DNA from: Podarcis vaucheri
Taxonomy: Eukaryota
Direction: 5' to 3' (one strand)
Length of the DNA stretch: 64,000 nt
Assembly: GCA_965113315.1 (NCBI GenBank)
Contig: OZ220367.1
Each line of letters begins with the position of its first letter. The stretch's first letter is position 1. The notes beneath the pieces are model-generated. The model saw nothing but the letters and a program-made list of their open reading frames with translations, ran no database searches and was not told the DNA's origin. Below are positions 1 to 14,295 of this stretch, piece by piece. The translations under genes were made by a program, and so were the position numbers.

Positions 1-384
<384 letters not shown>

Positions 385-443
385 TGAACACAAAATAGAC
401 TCAGTGCATGTTCCTTACAGTGTGTGTGTGTGTACTACATGTG

Positions 444-1076
444 TGTAGGGATATCGCGGAGTGGGCAGTGGGGTCCGGAGGGAGCACACTCCCCACCAGC
501 AGGCAGTCACAGTCTGCCTGCACGCGTGACCCTGGGTTGCGTAGCATACTTCCCCTCACAGACAAGCCACAGCTGTCTGAACATCGTTCTCTCTGTCTGA
601 CCTTTTGCGGTCTCAGTAGTCTGCGGTGTCCTGTCTGTAACCTTTGTCCCTGAAACCTTTTGTCTCCTTCGTCATACACTGTGCAAGGGGAAAATGACGC
701 GGTGGAAACAGGTGCCAAAATAACTTTGTACCACCCCACGATCTCGGGACCAAAGATGTGTAAAGGTCACAGGCCAAGATGTATCTGCCTGGTTTGCATA
801 TTTGTCTCAATAAAAGGAGGCTCCACAGGACTAGCCAGCAGCTTGCGTGCAGCTCACCTGTGCGCAGCTCACCTGATGATCAACCCCCAGTCTTGTGCCT
901 TCTCTTCAATGTGCGTTCAAAAAGGGATGCAAACTGCTTGTCCATCACAGGGTGCATGCAAGATGCATGTGCCTGCTAAGTTCATAGTATTAAATCCATA
1001 CTAAATTAGTTCAGCTTAGTTCCCATTGGGAGAAAATGGCTGCAGAAGATGGACACACACCCCTTGGGCTGACGCA
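444..1076 (+). mobile_element. Possible solo LTR
   Basis: Starts TGTAGGG; CpG-rich relative to flanks; internal direct repeat GCAGCTCACCTG x2; ATAAAAGG box near 809; ATTAAA near 989; no TSD found. Confidence 0.3.
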
Positions 1077-1121
1077 TCTAAGCTCTTCATAGTTCTCTCT
1101 TTATTCCTTGTGAATTTACAG

Positions 1122-1295
1122 GGTCATGAGAAGGAAGCTCTTCAGTTAATGGCAACGTATCTGCCGAAAGACACGTCCCCAGGGTCTGCCTATCAGGAAG
1201 GTGGTGGGCTTTATGCCCTGGGACTCATCCATGCCAATCATGGTGGTGACATCATAGACTATTTGCTGAACCAGCTGAAGAATGCCAGCAATGAT
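1122..1295 (+). CDS. PSMD1: PSMD1 internal coding exon, 174 bp
   Basis: tttacag acceptor; [58 protein letters not shown]; |gtaagt donor; phase continuous. Confidence 0.97.
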
Positions 1296-1544
1296 GTAAG
1301 TATTGTCTGCTGTGAATCACCTGCATAGGTGATTGAGTGCCTTAGGGATAGCATGTGGGTCGCTGGACTTCTCAACACTTAGCTGACGATTACGTTAGCT
1401 GCCCCAGAAGTATTATTGAAGTGTAGGATATAAAGGCCATAAATAAAAAGGTGCAAGCAAAATGTGGTTGGCTCTCATGAAGAATCAATAATGTGTTTCT
1501 TTTTCAAATGCTGAAAATTACATCACAGTGAAGGAAGGAAGATA

Positions 1545-1759
1545 CAGTCATACCTCGGGTTACAGACGCTTCAGGCTGGGTTTTTTTGGGTTGCGGACCA
1601 CCAAAACCCGAAAGTGCCGGAACGGGCTACTTCTGGGTTTTGGTGGTCGCACATGCGCAGAAGCGCCGAATTGCAACACGCGCAGACGTGGGTTGCGAAT
1701 GCTGTGGGTTGCGAACGTGCATCCCACATGGATCATGTTCGCAACCTGAGCATCCACTG
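1545..1759. mobile_element. Non-autonomous Tc1/mariner (pogo/Tigger-like) MITE
   Basis: TA|CAGT...ACTG|TA termini, imperfect TIRs, repeated GGGTTGCG subterminal motifs. Confidence 0.7.
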
Positions 1760-1996
1760 TAATGGAAATGTAATTTTGTGTAGAATTGTAGTGTTGGAAG
1801 GGACCCACGGGTCATCGAGTCAAGCCCCCTGCAATGCAGAATGACTAGAAAAATGACTACCAAGAGTTGAATGTGGAATGAGTTCATGGGTTCTCTGTCT
1901 CACTCCAAGAGTGTGTTCTGATCTTTATAGCCCTCCTGAGAAGTTTTAAGTAGAGTCACGGAGAGAAAGGAAACGCCTCTCTTACTTTTATTGCAG

Positions 1997-2108
1997 ATTG
2001 TCCGACATGGGGGCAGCCTGGGACTTGGTTTGGCTGCCATGGGGACTGCCCGCCAGGATGTCTACGACCTTCTCAAAACTAACCTGTACCAAGATGATGC
2101 TGTGACAG
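1997..2108 (+). CDS. PSMD1: PSMD1 internal coding exon, 112 bp
   Basis: ttgcag acceptor; [37 protein letters not shown](G); CAG|gtaagc donor. Confidence 0.97.
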
Positions 2109-2267
2109 GTAAGCCACTGCCGTGGACACAAGTGTGTGTCTTAAACCTACTCCCCCCACCGCAGGCCAAGCCATCACCCTGTGTACTCTATTCAGGACGG
2201 CAGGCGGAAGCAGTGGTGAAGTCCTGTTGTGCTCCTGTCTTTAGTTTCTTCCTTTTCCCCCTTAAAG

Positions 2268-2464
2268 GTGAAGCAGCTGGGCTGGCTCTTGGGCTGGTGA
2301 TGCTTGGGTCTAAAAATGCGCAGGCGATTGAGGACATGGTGGGATATGCCCAAGAAACCCAGCATGAGAAGATCTTGCGGGGCCTGGCAGTTGGCATTGC
2401 CTTGGTGATGTATGGCAGAATGGAGGAGGCAGATGCCCTCATCGAGAGCCTCTGCAGAGATAAG
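2268..2464 (+). CDS. PSMD1: PSMD1 internal coding exon, 197 bp
   Basis: Polypyrimidine tract plus aag acceptor; (G)[65 protein letters not shown]; AAG|gtgagt donor. Confidence 0.97.
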
Positions 2465-3559
2465 GTGAGTATAGCTCTTCCTGCAAAACTACCCATTCCG
2501 TTTCAGCCTTTTTCTTCAGGGTATCCTAATAATACTTGCCTTTTAGCACTTTAGGGTGTCTGTGTAAAATAGTCCACCTTCTAACCCACAACCTGCCTCC
2601 CAAGACAAGAATCGGGTAAAAATTAATACATAATGAACTAGAGTAAATGCCATTTTTTTATAGCAGAGGTTCTTTAAAGCCCCATGTTATTATAGGATGC
2701 TTGATTAAGGTTGAAGTATAGTGTCTTGCCAAAATTAATCTACTGACTTAATTAGCCACCAGCAAGCTTTCTGGCCCACTCTATGAACAATTAAACGAAA
2801 AAAGCTGCTAAATATGGAACGGATTAATTTTGGAAGATCTTTTGGCTGTTGATTGAGACGTAAAGCACGTAGTGTTCTTCAGCCTTCTAAGCTGGGGTGG
2901 GCAAACGTGAGATTTGTGAAGTCTACTTTGATTTTACTAGAAACCTGAGTCAGAAATCCTTGCTGATCTACTTTAAATTACTCAGACATCTGTCTTCTGC
3001 CTGCCTGTGATCTAAAGCAGCATCACACAGAGCAGTACAGACAATATTCAGTTTTTAGCTTTGATTGGCATAAAAGCCATAAGCTCTTCATACTATTGAG
3101 TATTTATTTAGCGTAAGTGTGTTCTAGATGCTCAGAACCCAAAAGCAAATAAAAAGACTTCAATGACTGGGGAGGCTGGTTTGCTCAAGAATCTGAATAC
3201 TGACTGGAGTCTTCAGCTGATTGGTTTTCTAGTAGTAGTTTGGTCAGCTTTTGATAAATTCAAGATTTGCTGGTCATGCATCATATTTCAGCTGGATTTT
3301 AGGTTTTTCCTGTAAGTCCTAGGTAACAGTTTTAATGGAAAATCAGTGCTGGTATTTTTAAAAGAAGCCACTTTCCAACTCAGTAATGGATCACACCACA
3401 ACTTTTTAAAAATAGAGTTGGAAAGTGAGCTCATAGGAAGCTGTCACTCCGGTGGTTCATCCAGCTCAGGAATTCAGAGTCTTTCTCCTTTGATTCCACC
3501 CCCACCCCCACCCCCCGGTATGTAACAGTTTAAATGTTAAAGTGTTCTACCTCTTCTAG

Positions 3560-4062
<503 letters not shown>

Positions 4063-4244
4063 TCTTTTACTTATTCCAGCAGAAGAGTGTCATGGTCTAA
4101 TGATACCAGTCATTTGATGGCTGTGGTCCATTTTAAATCCATCTGCACATCTCTGAAAAAAAATGCATTAGTACTTTCTAGATATTTCTGTACACTTTAG
4201 GTATTTTGCCCTGACTTTTTGCTGTTTCCCCCCCTTTTTATTAG

Positions 4245-4346
<102 letters not shown>

Positions 4347-4609
4347 TAGGATTTATCTGAAGTTCTAGGAATTCCCTTATACTCCACTTGCTGCGCACTA
4401 ACCTGGTCTCAGCTGAGCGCTTGCAGAATAGCAATTTGTGGAATGCTTAATGCTGTGTTAGAATGAGAGATAAAGAAGCAACCTGGGAATCTCCTTAATG
4501 GGCTGAGGCTTTGAAGCTGCCATAGAACGTTGGGTGTGGATGGTGGCTTTGTTTGCTGGATGCGTGTGGCAGAAAGTGCTGCTCCTCAATAAAAATCAAT
4601 TTAGTTTCT

Positions 4610-5270
4610 AGTTGAGGGCTAACAAGCTGAAACTTAATCTGGATAAAACAGAAGTACTGTACTCCATTTGGAAGGCCTGCTAATCTGGAAGGAGGTTTAG
4701 ATCTGTCTGGATGGGATCACTCTTCCCCTGAAAGGCCAGATACTTCTGGGTTCTCTCCTGCCTGTGGAGGCACAGATGACATTACTAGGAGGGCCAGTTT
4801 GACAGCTGGGACCCTAACTAGAGAAGGAAGAGTCTGGCACAGTGGTGCATGACATGGTTTTGTCCAAGTTAGATTATTTCAGTGTGCTCTCTATGGGGTC
4901 ACCCTTAAAGGCTGTTCAGGAACAGCAACTGGTACAGAACACAATTGCTTGTGAGAGCTGGTGCTCAGGTCATTTCATGTACACTGTGTCACTTTCATTT
5001 GGCTGCATGTTCATTTCTGAGCCCAATTCAAGGTGCCAACTTGGGTCTTTAAATTCCTAAATGGGTTGGGACCACCTACACTTGCCTGATCCTGTCTAAG
5101 CATTGAGATAAGTGCCCTTGCCACTGAACGCTTTTAGGCTGGCAGTTCCTCAGTAGTCGTCCCACACCTTTGGAATCGCTTCCCAGGGAGACATGTATGC
5201 CCTCATCCCTGCTGGGTTTTATTAAACAAAAATTCTGACGGCAAATTTATTCAAGTGTGTGTTTGTCTGA
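4610..5270 (+). mobile_element. Degenerate L2 LINE fragment
   Basis: Decayed ORF2 motifs (NKLKLNLDKTEVL; VHDMVLSKLDY; QLVQN) resembling the L2 at 12.6-13.4 kb. Confidence 0.55.
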
Positions 5271-6371
5271 ATTGTGCAACTGTCCGTGTGTGTTTTGTAG
5301 TAGTATTTTCCCATGCTTGAGCCTTGTAGGTCACCTTGTGAGGGCAGTGTGTTGTGAGAGATGAGCTTTAAAAATCTTTTAAATGAATAAACAAATGAAA
5401 TTTATTAAATATCTTGGGGCTTCCAGAGCAGATTTCCTTCAGACCAATAAAGAAGGCATATGGATAAGTGTGAAGCTCTCGGAAGAGACGAATGAATATA
5501 TTAAGTTCAGCCTTTGTTTAGTGGCGCTGGAGAGGGTTGGATGGAGGTGCTTTTCTGAGAGGCATATGAGACTTGTCTCTGCACTTTCAGTATAACTCTT
5601 GTTGAAACTTTCCACTAGGAGTTGCCAAAAGTGGAATTAAGTGCGTGAAGTCCTGTTAAGAGGACATAATATCAATGAAGTGTCTGGGAAGTATCAGATC
5701 AAGAATGGATAATATTCAAGCCAGGAATGTTAGTTAACGTTTAAGAAGAATAAATTGCAGTCATTCTTGAGGATGTGGATGTCAGCTTACTAAGTAACTC
5801 TTGTACAATGACTCAGTGTTTTAAGAGAGAGAAGTGTTTCCAAATATTCTTGAATTAAACTGCAATGTACATTTTATTTAATTTGAATTTATATAACTCA
5901 CACTAACCTGGGGTGGCTAACAGCGTTTAAACAATTCTTTGTAGGATCAAGAAGGAAACTTAGTTTAGTTGCAGAGTACATATATTTGTGTGCAGAAGAT
6001 CTTAATTTTTATTGTATACGCATTGCTGTATATCACCACCCTGATATTTCATGAGATGGTAGCATATAAATACTTTAATAAATAAAATAAAGACCCGAGT
6101 TTCAGCCCCTAGGATTGAAAAAAGGACCAAGTCTCAGATGATGGGAAGGCCCTCTGTCTGAGACTCTGGGAAGCAGCTCCCAGTCGGAGTAGGAAATACT
6201 GGCCTAGCATAAATTGATTGATTCTTGGGTTCAGAAGATGGAATTCGGTTTTGACGCTTTTATTAGTTCACAAATTTTAACTCCCCTGCCCCTCTTTTGT
6301 ACTAATGGTAGATTATAAAACTGGACAGTAGGAATTTTCAGAGTCCAATCCTCAGCTCTTTCAGGTTAGGC

Positions 6372-6631
6372 CAGTGGTTCTCAAAGAGTACGTCATGTCA
6401 CACTGACGTAGCAGGAGACGATGGCAAGTACAGCAGGAAGATTCAAGGACAATCAATATTGTATTTTGGTAATGCTTCCTGTTCTTACGTTTTATATTTT
6501 CTGGATGTCTCTTGATCATATTATGAAATAGTTGAGCTCTAAGTTATAAATCAATAAAAAAAACCTGATGTGGCACGAGCAAATTTTTATTCTGAGAGTG
6601 TGGCCCAGAGAAAGAAGTTTGAGAACAGCTG
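6372..6631. mobile_element. hAT-like non-autonomous DNA transposon
   Basis: CAGTGGTTCTCAAA...TTTGAGAACAGCTG termini; degenerate 8-bp TSD ggttaggc/cgttagtc. Confidence 0.6.
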
Positions 6632-6821
6632 CGTTAGTCAGGGTCCTGGGTAATGTTCATCTGCACTGCTAACAATGACAGCCAATTTTGTCTTCCTTTT
6701 GCATTGAATCCAGAATCTGTGCAGAAGGTTTAAAAGTAAGTTCAGCAAGCAGAGGCTGCAAGCAGCTGCCCCCTAGACTTTATACTACCTGACAACCCTA
6801 AAGGCTGATGTTTTCACTGTA

Positions 6822-7051
6822 CAGTGGTGCCCCGCAAGACGAAATTAATTCGTTCCGCAATTTTTGCCGTCTAACGAATTTTTCTTCTTGCGAAGCACGG
6901 TTTAAACGGCTTAACAAAGTCGCAAGACGTTTTCGTCTTGCGAAGCAAGCGCATAGGGGAATTCGTCTTGCGAGGCAAATCGCGAATGAAAAAACCTTTC
7001 GTCTAGCGAGTTTTTTGTCTTGCGAGGCATTCGTCTTGCGGGGCACCACTG
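6822..7051. mobile_element. Tigger/pogo-like MITE, CAGTGGTGCC family, copy 1
   Basis: Perfect 22-bp TIR CAGTGGTGCCCCGCAAGACGAA; TA TSD. Confidence 0.9.
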
Positions 7052-8872
7052 TATTCCTTCATGGGCTGCAGCTCACACAGCTTTGGAGAATCAGTCCCAG
7101 TTCCTGCTGAAAAGGGGAGCTCACATTCCTTATAGCTTTTCTGCAGCTTAGACTCCACCAAACCCCGCTTTAATGGGAGAATTCCTGTTCCCCATTCCAC
7201 CTACCTAAGATCTAAAGTTTTTGGTGTCTGCGGTAGGGTTGCCTTGGAAGTAGCACCCCAGTTGAGAAACGATCTCTCTGAAGAAGGCCACCAGATCCCT
7301 GTTCTTCTTTTGAAATACTGAGGTTTAACAGTAGGGTTTCATTTTTCCTTTGCGTGTTTTATTGATAGCCCCTTCTGGATTTCCTTTGGAAAGGAAGAGG
7401 AGGGCCAAGATAAGTGCAGCCCTAAACAAATCTGTCATCTGGTCGGTTCTGAGAGACGGGGCCATCATTTGTAGCTGTGTGTCATCCTGCAGCCATAAAT
7501 GTGTCCTGCCCACCCCTTTCCCCCCCTTTCCCCAGAAAGTGCCACGTATAATATTGCGTGCCACTCCTCCCCTTCCTCTGCGTGGGCAGCAGGTGTCTCT
7601 GTGGAGCCGTTGTGCTAAATGTGTGGCACAGCGGCGCGTCTGCCCTCCCCACCAAGCCAAGTGTGGAACGGCCTTTGCCGGAAGGGAACTGGTACTCTTC
7701 AGTTGACCTCTGTGTGTGTGTGTGTGTGCTTATACAGAAGGCAAATTCCACACACTCCTTCCATACTTTTCAGTGATTTCCCTCCCCTGCTCCAAACTGG
7801 TTCTAATAAAAGAGTTTTAGCTCTCTGATCTTACTGCAGGTCCCCCCACCCCACCCCCCCGGCCAAGTATAAAACATAATCTGGAACTGAGAGCTCTTCC
7901 TGCCAAAGGTACTGTTATCTTTTTTTTCCTGAGTTTATCCATTTGGTTGTGCCTTCTCTGGGCATGGCATGAGTGCTGGAGCTGATGAGTGCCATTCATC
8001 CACTAAATCTTTCAGTGGTGCTGAGAAACACCGCTATCCAGAGTGTGTCGTCTGAATTAGCTAGAGATGCCCCAGTCTGTGTTATTCTGATCGGTATCAT
8101 TTTTACATACATCCGTCCCATTCCTACTTTTATCTGAGTATATACTGTATACATTTAACAACAGCAGCAACCCTAGCATAATGTATTTAATTGCCAAGAG
8201 CTTATGTTGCAAAATTCAGGAAAGTGCAAAATCAGGCAATAGCTATTTCCAATCTGCAATCAGGTCATTTTTTATTGGCATTTGCAAAGACTGAATTCCT
8301 CAAGCATTCCTAATTTTAACTCAATCTTCAACACCCTTGTGATGCGGGCTGGTGGTATTGCCCCTATATTGCAGATTTGAAGCTCAGGCTGAGAGATCTG
8401 TGTGGAGGTAGAAAAGTGAGGGGCAAAGCAGGGACAGTTTGTCAGTAACTTGTCCCTGCTGCATTTGCTTGTGCACAACCTCCTAAATAATAGCAATTTA
8501 TAGCAAAGTTTCAACGTGATTCTAATTTAGTTATTTAATGGATTGTGTTTTGTACTATATGTCCATGGTGTCCTTTCAAATGCCGCCCTGGGATCTTCGT
8601 TGATGAAGGGTTGCTAATAAATACAATAAATAACAGCAAAACCAAAATAAAATACATAAATTGGGAAGAAAAATGGGGAAAGTATTAAAAGTCTTCTAAA
8701 AGTTGGATAGTTGTTTATTTCGTTGTATATATGCAAGCCATTACATAACTTTAGGCACCAGGTGAAAACATTCCTCTTCTCCCAGGCCTTTGGCTTATTA
8801 AACAATTTTTAGCCTTTTAAGCTGTGGGTGGGCAGGGCGTTGTTATTTTGTTTGTTGCTATGCTATGTACTA

Positions 8873-9223
8873 GGGACGTGGGTGGTGCTGTGGGTTAAAC
8901 CACAGAGCCTAGACTTGCCGTTCAGAAGGTCGGCAGTTCGAATCCCCGCAACGGGGTGAGCTCCCGTTTCTCGGTCCCTGCTCCTGCCAACCTAGCAGTT
9001 TGAAAGCACGTCAAAGTGCAAGTAGATAAATAGGTACCACTCCAGCGGGAAGGTAAACGGTGTTTCCGTGTGCTGCTCTGGTTCACCAGAGGCGGCTTAG
9101 TCATGCTGGCCACATGACCCGGAAGCTGTACGCCGGCTCCCTCGGCCAATAAAACGAGATGAGCGCTGCAACCCCAGAGTCGGTCACGTCTGGACCTAAT
9201 GGTCAGGGGACCTTTGTCGTTAC
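8873..9223 (+). mobile_element. Full-length Sauria SINE nested in an older L2-type 3' end (about 8745-9300)
   Basis: GGGACG 5' end; A and B boxes; 14-bp TSD ctatgctatgtact (8858-8871 / 9224-9237). Confidence 0.9.
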
Positions 9224-10411
9224 CTATGCTATGTACTTTGGTGTTTGTATGCTATAAATCACCCTGTGATCCTTGGGTGAAGGGTGATACATATATTTGC
9301 TTATTATTGTTAATTTTAATTTTAATTTTATTATTTTATTATTATTATTATTAATAGTAATTATACATGCTGCATTGCAGAGCTATCTACCTCTCTATGC
9401 CCCACCATTGCTGCCTTATACCAGTCATAAGGAGCTGGGCTGTTGTTACTTATTGGCAAGTGCAATGCACTCTGCCACTGCTCAGAGACAAGGTGACTAT
9501 TGCTACGTATTTTTCACATCTGGGCCCTTGCTCTGGAAATGCTTTCACAGGCCGAGACTTTTCCCACTGATGAGGCATCCCGTTTCTCACAGGCAGTTGA
9601 AGTATGCGCCATCTTAAGTGCTGGCCTTTGTTCAGTGCTTCCATGTGGAGAAAATCTTCCCTGGAAATGATTCAAAGCCGTGGTGATAAGCTGGGAGCTT
9701 ACATTTCTCTCTCCCCATAGGCAATCAATATACTGGTTTAAAAGCCAGCATTTGCACACACATGTTCTCATCGGGTGATGAAATCTAGATATCTTCCTTT
9801 GGGTGGGTAGCGGGGGGGCGGGGCGGCTGCCGGCAAATCTCTGCAAACAAACTCTCCTGCATTCTGTTGACGGCTAAAATGCTTGAGAATATGCGTCTGT
9901 CTGCCCTGCAGGTGTGGCAAGTAACATTAGAGTAAATAAAAGTTTTAATGAAAACCACAAGAGAATTGGAATACCCTGTGCCAATGCCTTCTCCGACAGT
10001 TGCGTTCCATCTATTTGTTGACTTTCCTAAGCTTTGTTGTGTGAATTCCTCAACACATTTCCTTTAAAATAAACTGTTGCAATTTCACTGTGGGTGTTGG
10101 TCAAAAAAGTTGGATTGTCCACAGAACTCTGTAAACATAGCAAATCTTAGAAAACTGATCTCAAGGTCTTGGTGCCAGTACTGGTTTTAATCTTTCTTTC
10201 TTTTTTAAAGGGCAAGAGTTTTGGGTTGGGGTTTTCCCCCAGCAGCCTATTGAAGTTGCACCAGGTCTGCTGTTGCAATGAGTTCTACCTTTTTAATTCA
10301 AGAATAAGCATGGGCTAACTTTATTCTCATGCTGAAGTCCTTGCTAACATATTGGTGCTGTTTTGCATTCTAAAACTTGCTGCAGGAGAAGGTGATAATG
10401 CTTGACATTTA

Positions 10412-10774
10412 CCGTATTTTTTGCACCATAACACTCACTTTTTTTCTCCCAGAAAGTAAGGGGAAATGTCTGTGCGTGTTATGGAGCGAATGCCTATGGG
10501 TGGCGGGGGGATCTGCTGCAGTCGTGAGCAGAGGATCCATGGTTTTCCCTCCTTCCCTCCTCCGTGGTTACAAAGCATGGATCCACATGTATCCTCAGGA
10601 TTTTTGCATTGGGCTACTCCAAACTCACTGTCAGATCACATGTCTGTGGCCACAGCATGAAACACAAAAATCATATATCCACTATTTCGTTTAGAATTTT
10701 TTTTTATTGTTTTCCTCCTCTAAAAACTACGTGCGTGTTATGGTCTGGTGCGTGTTACAGAGCGAAAAATACGG
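10412..10774. mobile_element. Tc1/mariner (Tc2-like, CCGTA-end) MITE
   Basis: TA|CCGTATTTTT...AAAAATACGG|TA; second copy at 20543. Confidence 0.85.
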
Positions 10775-11561
10775 TATATAGCACTTTCCAAATATTTCAG
10801 TCACTTTGCTCATTTATCGCTCGTTATCTTAATGTTCCCTGCAAGATGCCCTGTAAGGTAGGTAGTATTAGCTGGGAACAAAGGGAGCTGCCTTGGATAA
10901 GGTTGTTATCCAAGTTGCTTTATCCATCTAGCTAGCTCAGAGTTCCTTATGGCGACAGGCAGTGGTCCTCAAGCAGACGTCTCTTTCCCATCATCTGCTC
11001 TGTGATCCTGATTAACTGGAGATGACAGACCTTGAATCCAGGACATTCTGTAGGCAGGCCATGCGCTTTTCCACTCGGCTGTGATCCTTATATCCTGTAT
11101 CCAAAATGGGGAACTGGTAAATTTGGGCTCAGGACTGCAATACCTTAAGGGCTATCTCTGCCCAGATAAACTGACCAGACTCTGTGATCATCACGAGAGG
11201 TCTGGAGGGTGGCAACACAAGAACGAGCCTTTTCTGCAGTGGCTCCCTGTTTGGGCAGTGCTCTCCCTGGGTCAAGTTGGCGCCTTCATTATACATCTTT
11301 AGGCACCAGGCGAAAGCTTTCCTCTTCAAGCAGGCCTTGGGCTGATTAATATTCCACAGACTTTTAAATGTGTTTGTAGGAGGGGGGGCATTATTGTTTT
11401 GTTTCAGTTTTAACTATTTATTAATGCTTTTATCCTGTTTTTTATCTTGTGAACCTCCCTGAGATCTTCAGATGAAGGGCGGAATATGAATTTAATGAAT
11501 AGTAATAATGAGAGTTGAAGCAGGGGGCTTTGGGCGCACCGTGGACATTCTTTGCTAATTA

Positions 11562-11891
11562 CAGTGGTGCCCCGCAAGACGAATGCCTCGCAAGACGAAA
11601 AACCTGCTAGACGAAAGGGTTTTCCGTTTTGGAGGTGCTTCGCAAAACGAATTTCCTATGGGCTTGCTTCGCAATACGACAATGTCTTGCGAGTTCCTGC
11701 CGGGGTTTTCCCCCCCCCTTTTTCCCAAGCCGCTTATCAGCTGATCCGCTAAGCCGCTAAACCGCTTAACAGCTGATCCACTAAGCCGCTAATACCGCTA
11801 ATCCGTCAATGGGCTTGCTTCGCAAGACGAAAAAACCGCAAGACGAAGAGACTCGCGGAACGGATTCTTTTCGTCTTGTGAGGCACCACTG
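11562..11891. mobile_element. Tigger/pogo-like MITE copy 2 (opposite orientation to copies 1, 3, 4)
   Basis: Same TIR; TA TSD; internal CCGCTAA repeats. Confidence 0.9.
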
Positions 11892-12616
11892 TAATGTGCT
11901 GAGCTGTCTCTCAGGTGTGTTGCTCCATCCTGGCTTGCTCACCTGTACTCAGTAAGACCATCACTGCCGAATCAGACCATGGACCACATCTGTTCTGATG
12001 GCAAGTTAGATGCCTCTGAAAACTGGCCAGCGAGGCATGAGAAGACGATAACCGTTCTCTTTTGTCCCCGATGTTAACTTTATTTTTATGGATCCAGGTT
12101 AATAAGCCCTTTTGAATCTGGGACCAAGAAGCTGGAAAAGAGTTAAAAGAGGAAATGTAACAGGACCATGTCAATTGTAGGAATTCTTTCTAGCACTCTT
12201 TTTAGAAAAGGGTAAATAAGCTTGTGTTGTGTAAACAGTACTTTGGCAGGCATTGCGATTTTGTCTAGGGGGGAAACTGGTGCATGCGAGAGACATCTTA
12301 AAATGAAATAAGTTCAAATTGGAGGCATCCTTTGAAGGCATGGGAGACTAGAAAAGTCAGGTGTTGCAGACTGGGCTTTTGGCTACAGTAGTTTTTAAAG
12401 CTGTTTACTCCACTTTATCCTTCATGATTTAGGCTCTTAGCACAGAGTTGGATCTGGCTGGTAAGTCGCCTCCAGCTCAGTTTCCTCTGCTTTCAGGTAA
12501 AAACTGCTTTCAGGCAGAGAAGCCTTTCAGGACTTGTCCGCAAATGATCCAACAGATCTTTGTAGGGAGACACACTAAAGCGTTCCGTACACCACCACCA
12601 CAAAACAAAACAGCAA

Positions 12617-13377
12617 TATATTTATACCCCGCCCATCTGGCTGGGTTTCCCCTGCCACTCTGGGTGGCTCCCAACAGAATATTAAAAACATGAAAAAACA
12701 TAAAACATTGAAAACTTCCCTAAACAGGCTTGCCTTCAGATTTCTTCTAAAAGTAAGAGAGTTGCTTATTTCCTTGACATCTGATGGGAGGGCGTTGCAC
12801 AGGGCGGGTGCCACTACCAAGAAGGCCCTCTGCCGGGTTCCCTGTAACCTCAGTGTCCGAGCTGCACAATGGTGGGTGGGGAGACGTTCCTTCAGGTCTA
12901 CTGGGCCAAGGCCATTTAGGGCTTTCAAGGTCAGCACCAACACTTTGAATTGTGCTCAGAAACGTACTGGGAGCCAATGTAGGTCTTTCAGACTGGTGTT
13001 ATATGGTCTCGGCGGCCACTCCCAGTCACCAGTCTAGCTGCTGCATTCTGGATTAATTGCAGTTTTTCAGTCACCTTCAAAGGTAGCCCCACGTAGAGCG
13101 CATTGCAGTAGCCCAAGTGGGAGATAACCAGAGCATGCACCACTCTGGCGATGCAGTCCATGGGCAGGGAGGGTCTCATCCTGCGTACCAGATGGAGCTG
13201 GTAGACAGCTGCCCTGGACACAGAATTGACCTGCACCTCCATGGACAGCTGTGAGTCTAGAATGACTCCCAGGCTGCGCACCTGGTCCTTCAGGGGCACA
13301 GTTGCCCAATTCAGGACCAGGGAGTCCTCCACTCCTGTCTGCCCCCTGTCCCCCCAAAATAGTACTTCTGCCTTGTC
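12617..13377 (-). mobile_element. L2-clade LINE 3' fragment (ORF2 C-terminus plus 3'UTR), frameshifted
   Basis: VRSLGVILDSQLSM...HALVISHLGYCNALYVGLP...LQLIQNAAARLVTG...RDHITPV and LVLTLKALNGLGP in successive frames. Confidence 0.9.
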
Positions 13378-14295
13378 ATGTCATGTCTGTGGACCAGTCC
13401 AAGTTACGACACCCCAGTCCTAGATGATGTGAGTGATACATGGAGAATTGAGCTTACAGCTCCCTTCATCCCTGGTTGCAGAAGAAAATAAGGTTTTTAA
13501 AGTCTGAATACATCTAGTTGCATATGTTCTGGGAACTGAGAGAGTCAGAGTGGAAGAGCCAATGTGGCGTGTGGGGAGCATCTTGAGTCCCATGTTTATT
13601 TTTTAGCGGCTCTCTGCTTCTTTTCCCTTCTGCCACCTTTCCTGCTCACAGCTGTGGACTACAAATCTTGCTCGGCTGCCGACGTTTATGCAATTCTCTT
13701 CTACCCCGTTGGCGCAGTTTATACAATATTTATCTCAGTTGTTTGAAAAACACCATTTAAGTGACTTGTGATTTCTTGGTGTTTTGAATTTTAAAACGTC
13801 AGTTGCAGGGGAAGGAAAGACTGTGCCCGAAAGAGTCTTTATCTTTCCAGAGTCTTTGTTGTCAGGTTTCAAAGCGAAAGGTCTCTTTCATTTGCTGTCT
13901 TCAGTTTAGCGTTTCTGCTTCAGGAAGCTCAGCTTGGTCGTCCTTCTTCTAATGTTTGGCAAACATTTCAGTGGGCTTTTTACATTATTATTCAGAAGAG
14001 AAAAATTATTTGCAATGTGAATACAAAGCAAAAATGGGAAAGTGCAGATCCTTAGCCCCCAAAGCGTTTATGTGTATTCTGTAGGCGTCTGTTTGGTAAT
14101 CGAAGAATTTCAGCCTTCATTAAGAAACGAGAAAATGCATCCATAGCTGTAGATATTAAGATGTGAGTGCACAGTGCACTGTTATTGAAGCAAATTGTAT
14201 TTAAAAGTGTCATTGCTTGGGTTTAAATAGTGCCCTTGGTGAGCAGAAGGAATTTCTGCCTGTGGGGGGGGGGTACAACCCAATATTCCCATATA

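Noticed and set aside
7380-7520. Repeat-free stretches that look like possible conserved enhancers (also about 19.0-19.3, 30.3-30.7 and 59.4 kb)
   Set aside because: Conservation cannot be judged from a single sequence; needs multi-species alignment.
11720-11810. Short repeats (CCGCTAA, CGCAAGACGAA) that might suggest a CRISPR-like array
   Set aside because: No regular repeat-spacer period; they lie inside a TA-flanked MITE in a vertebrate intron; no cas genes.
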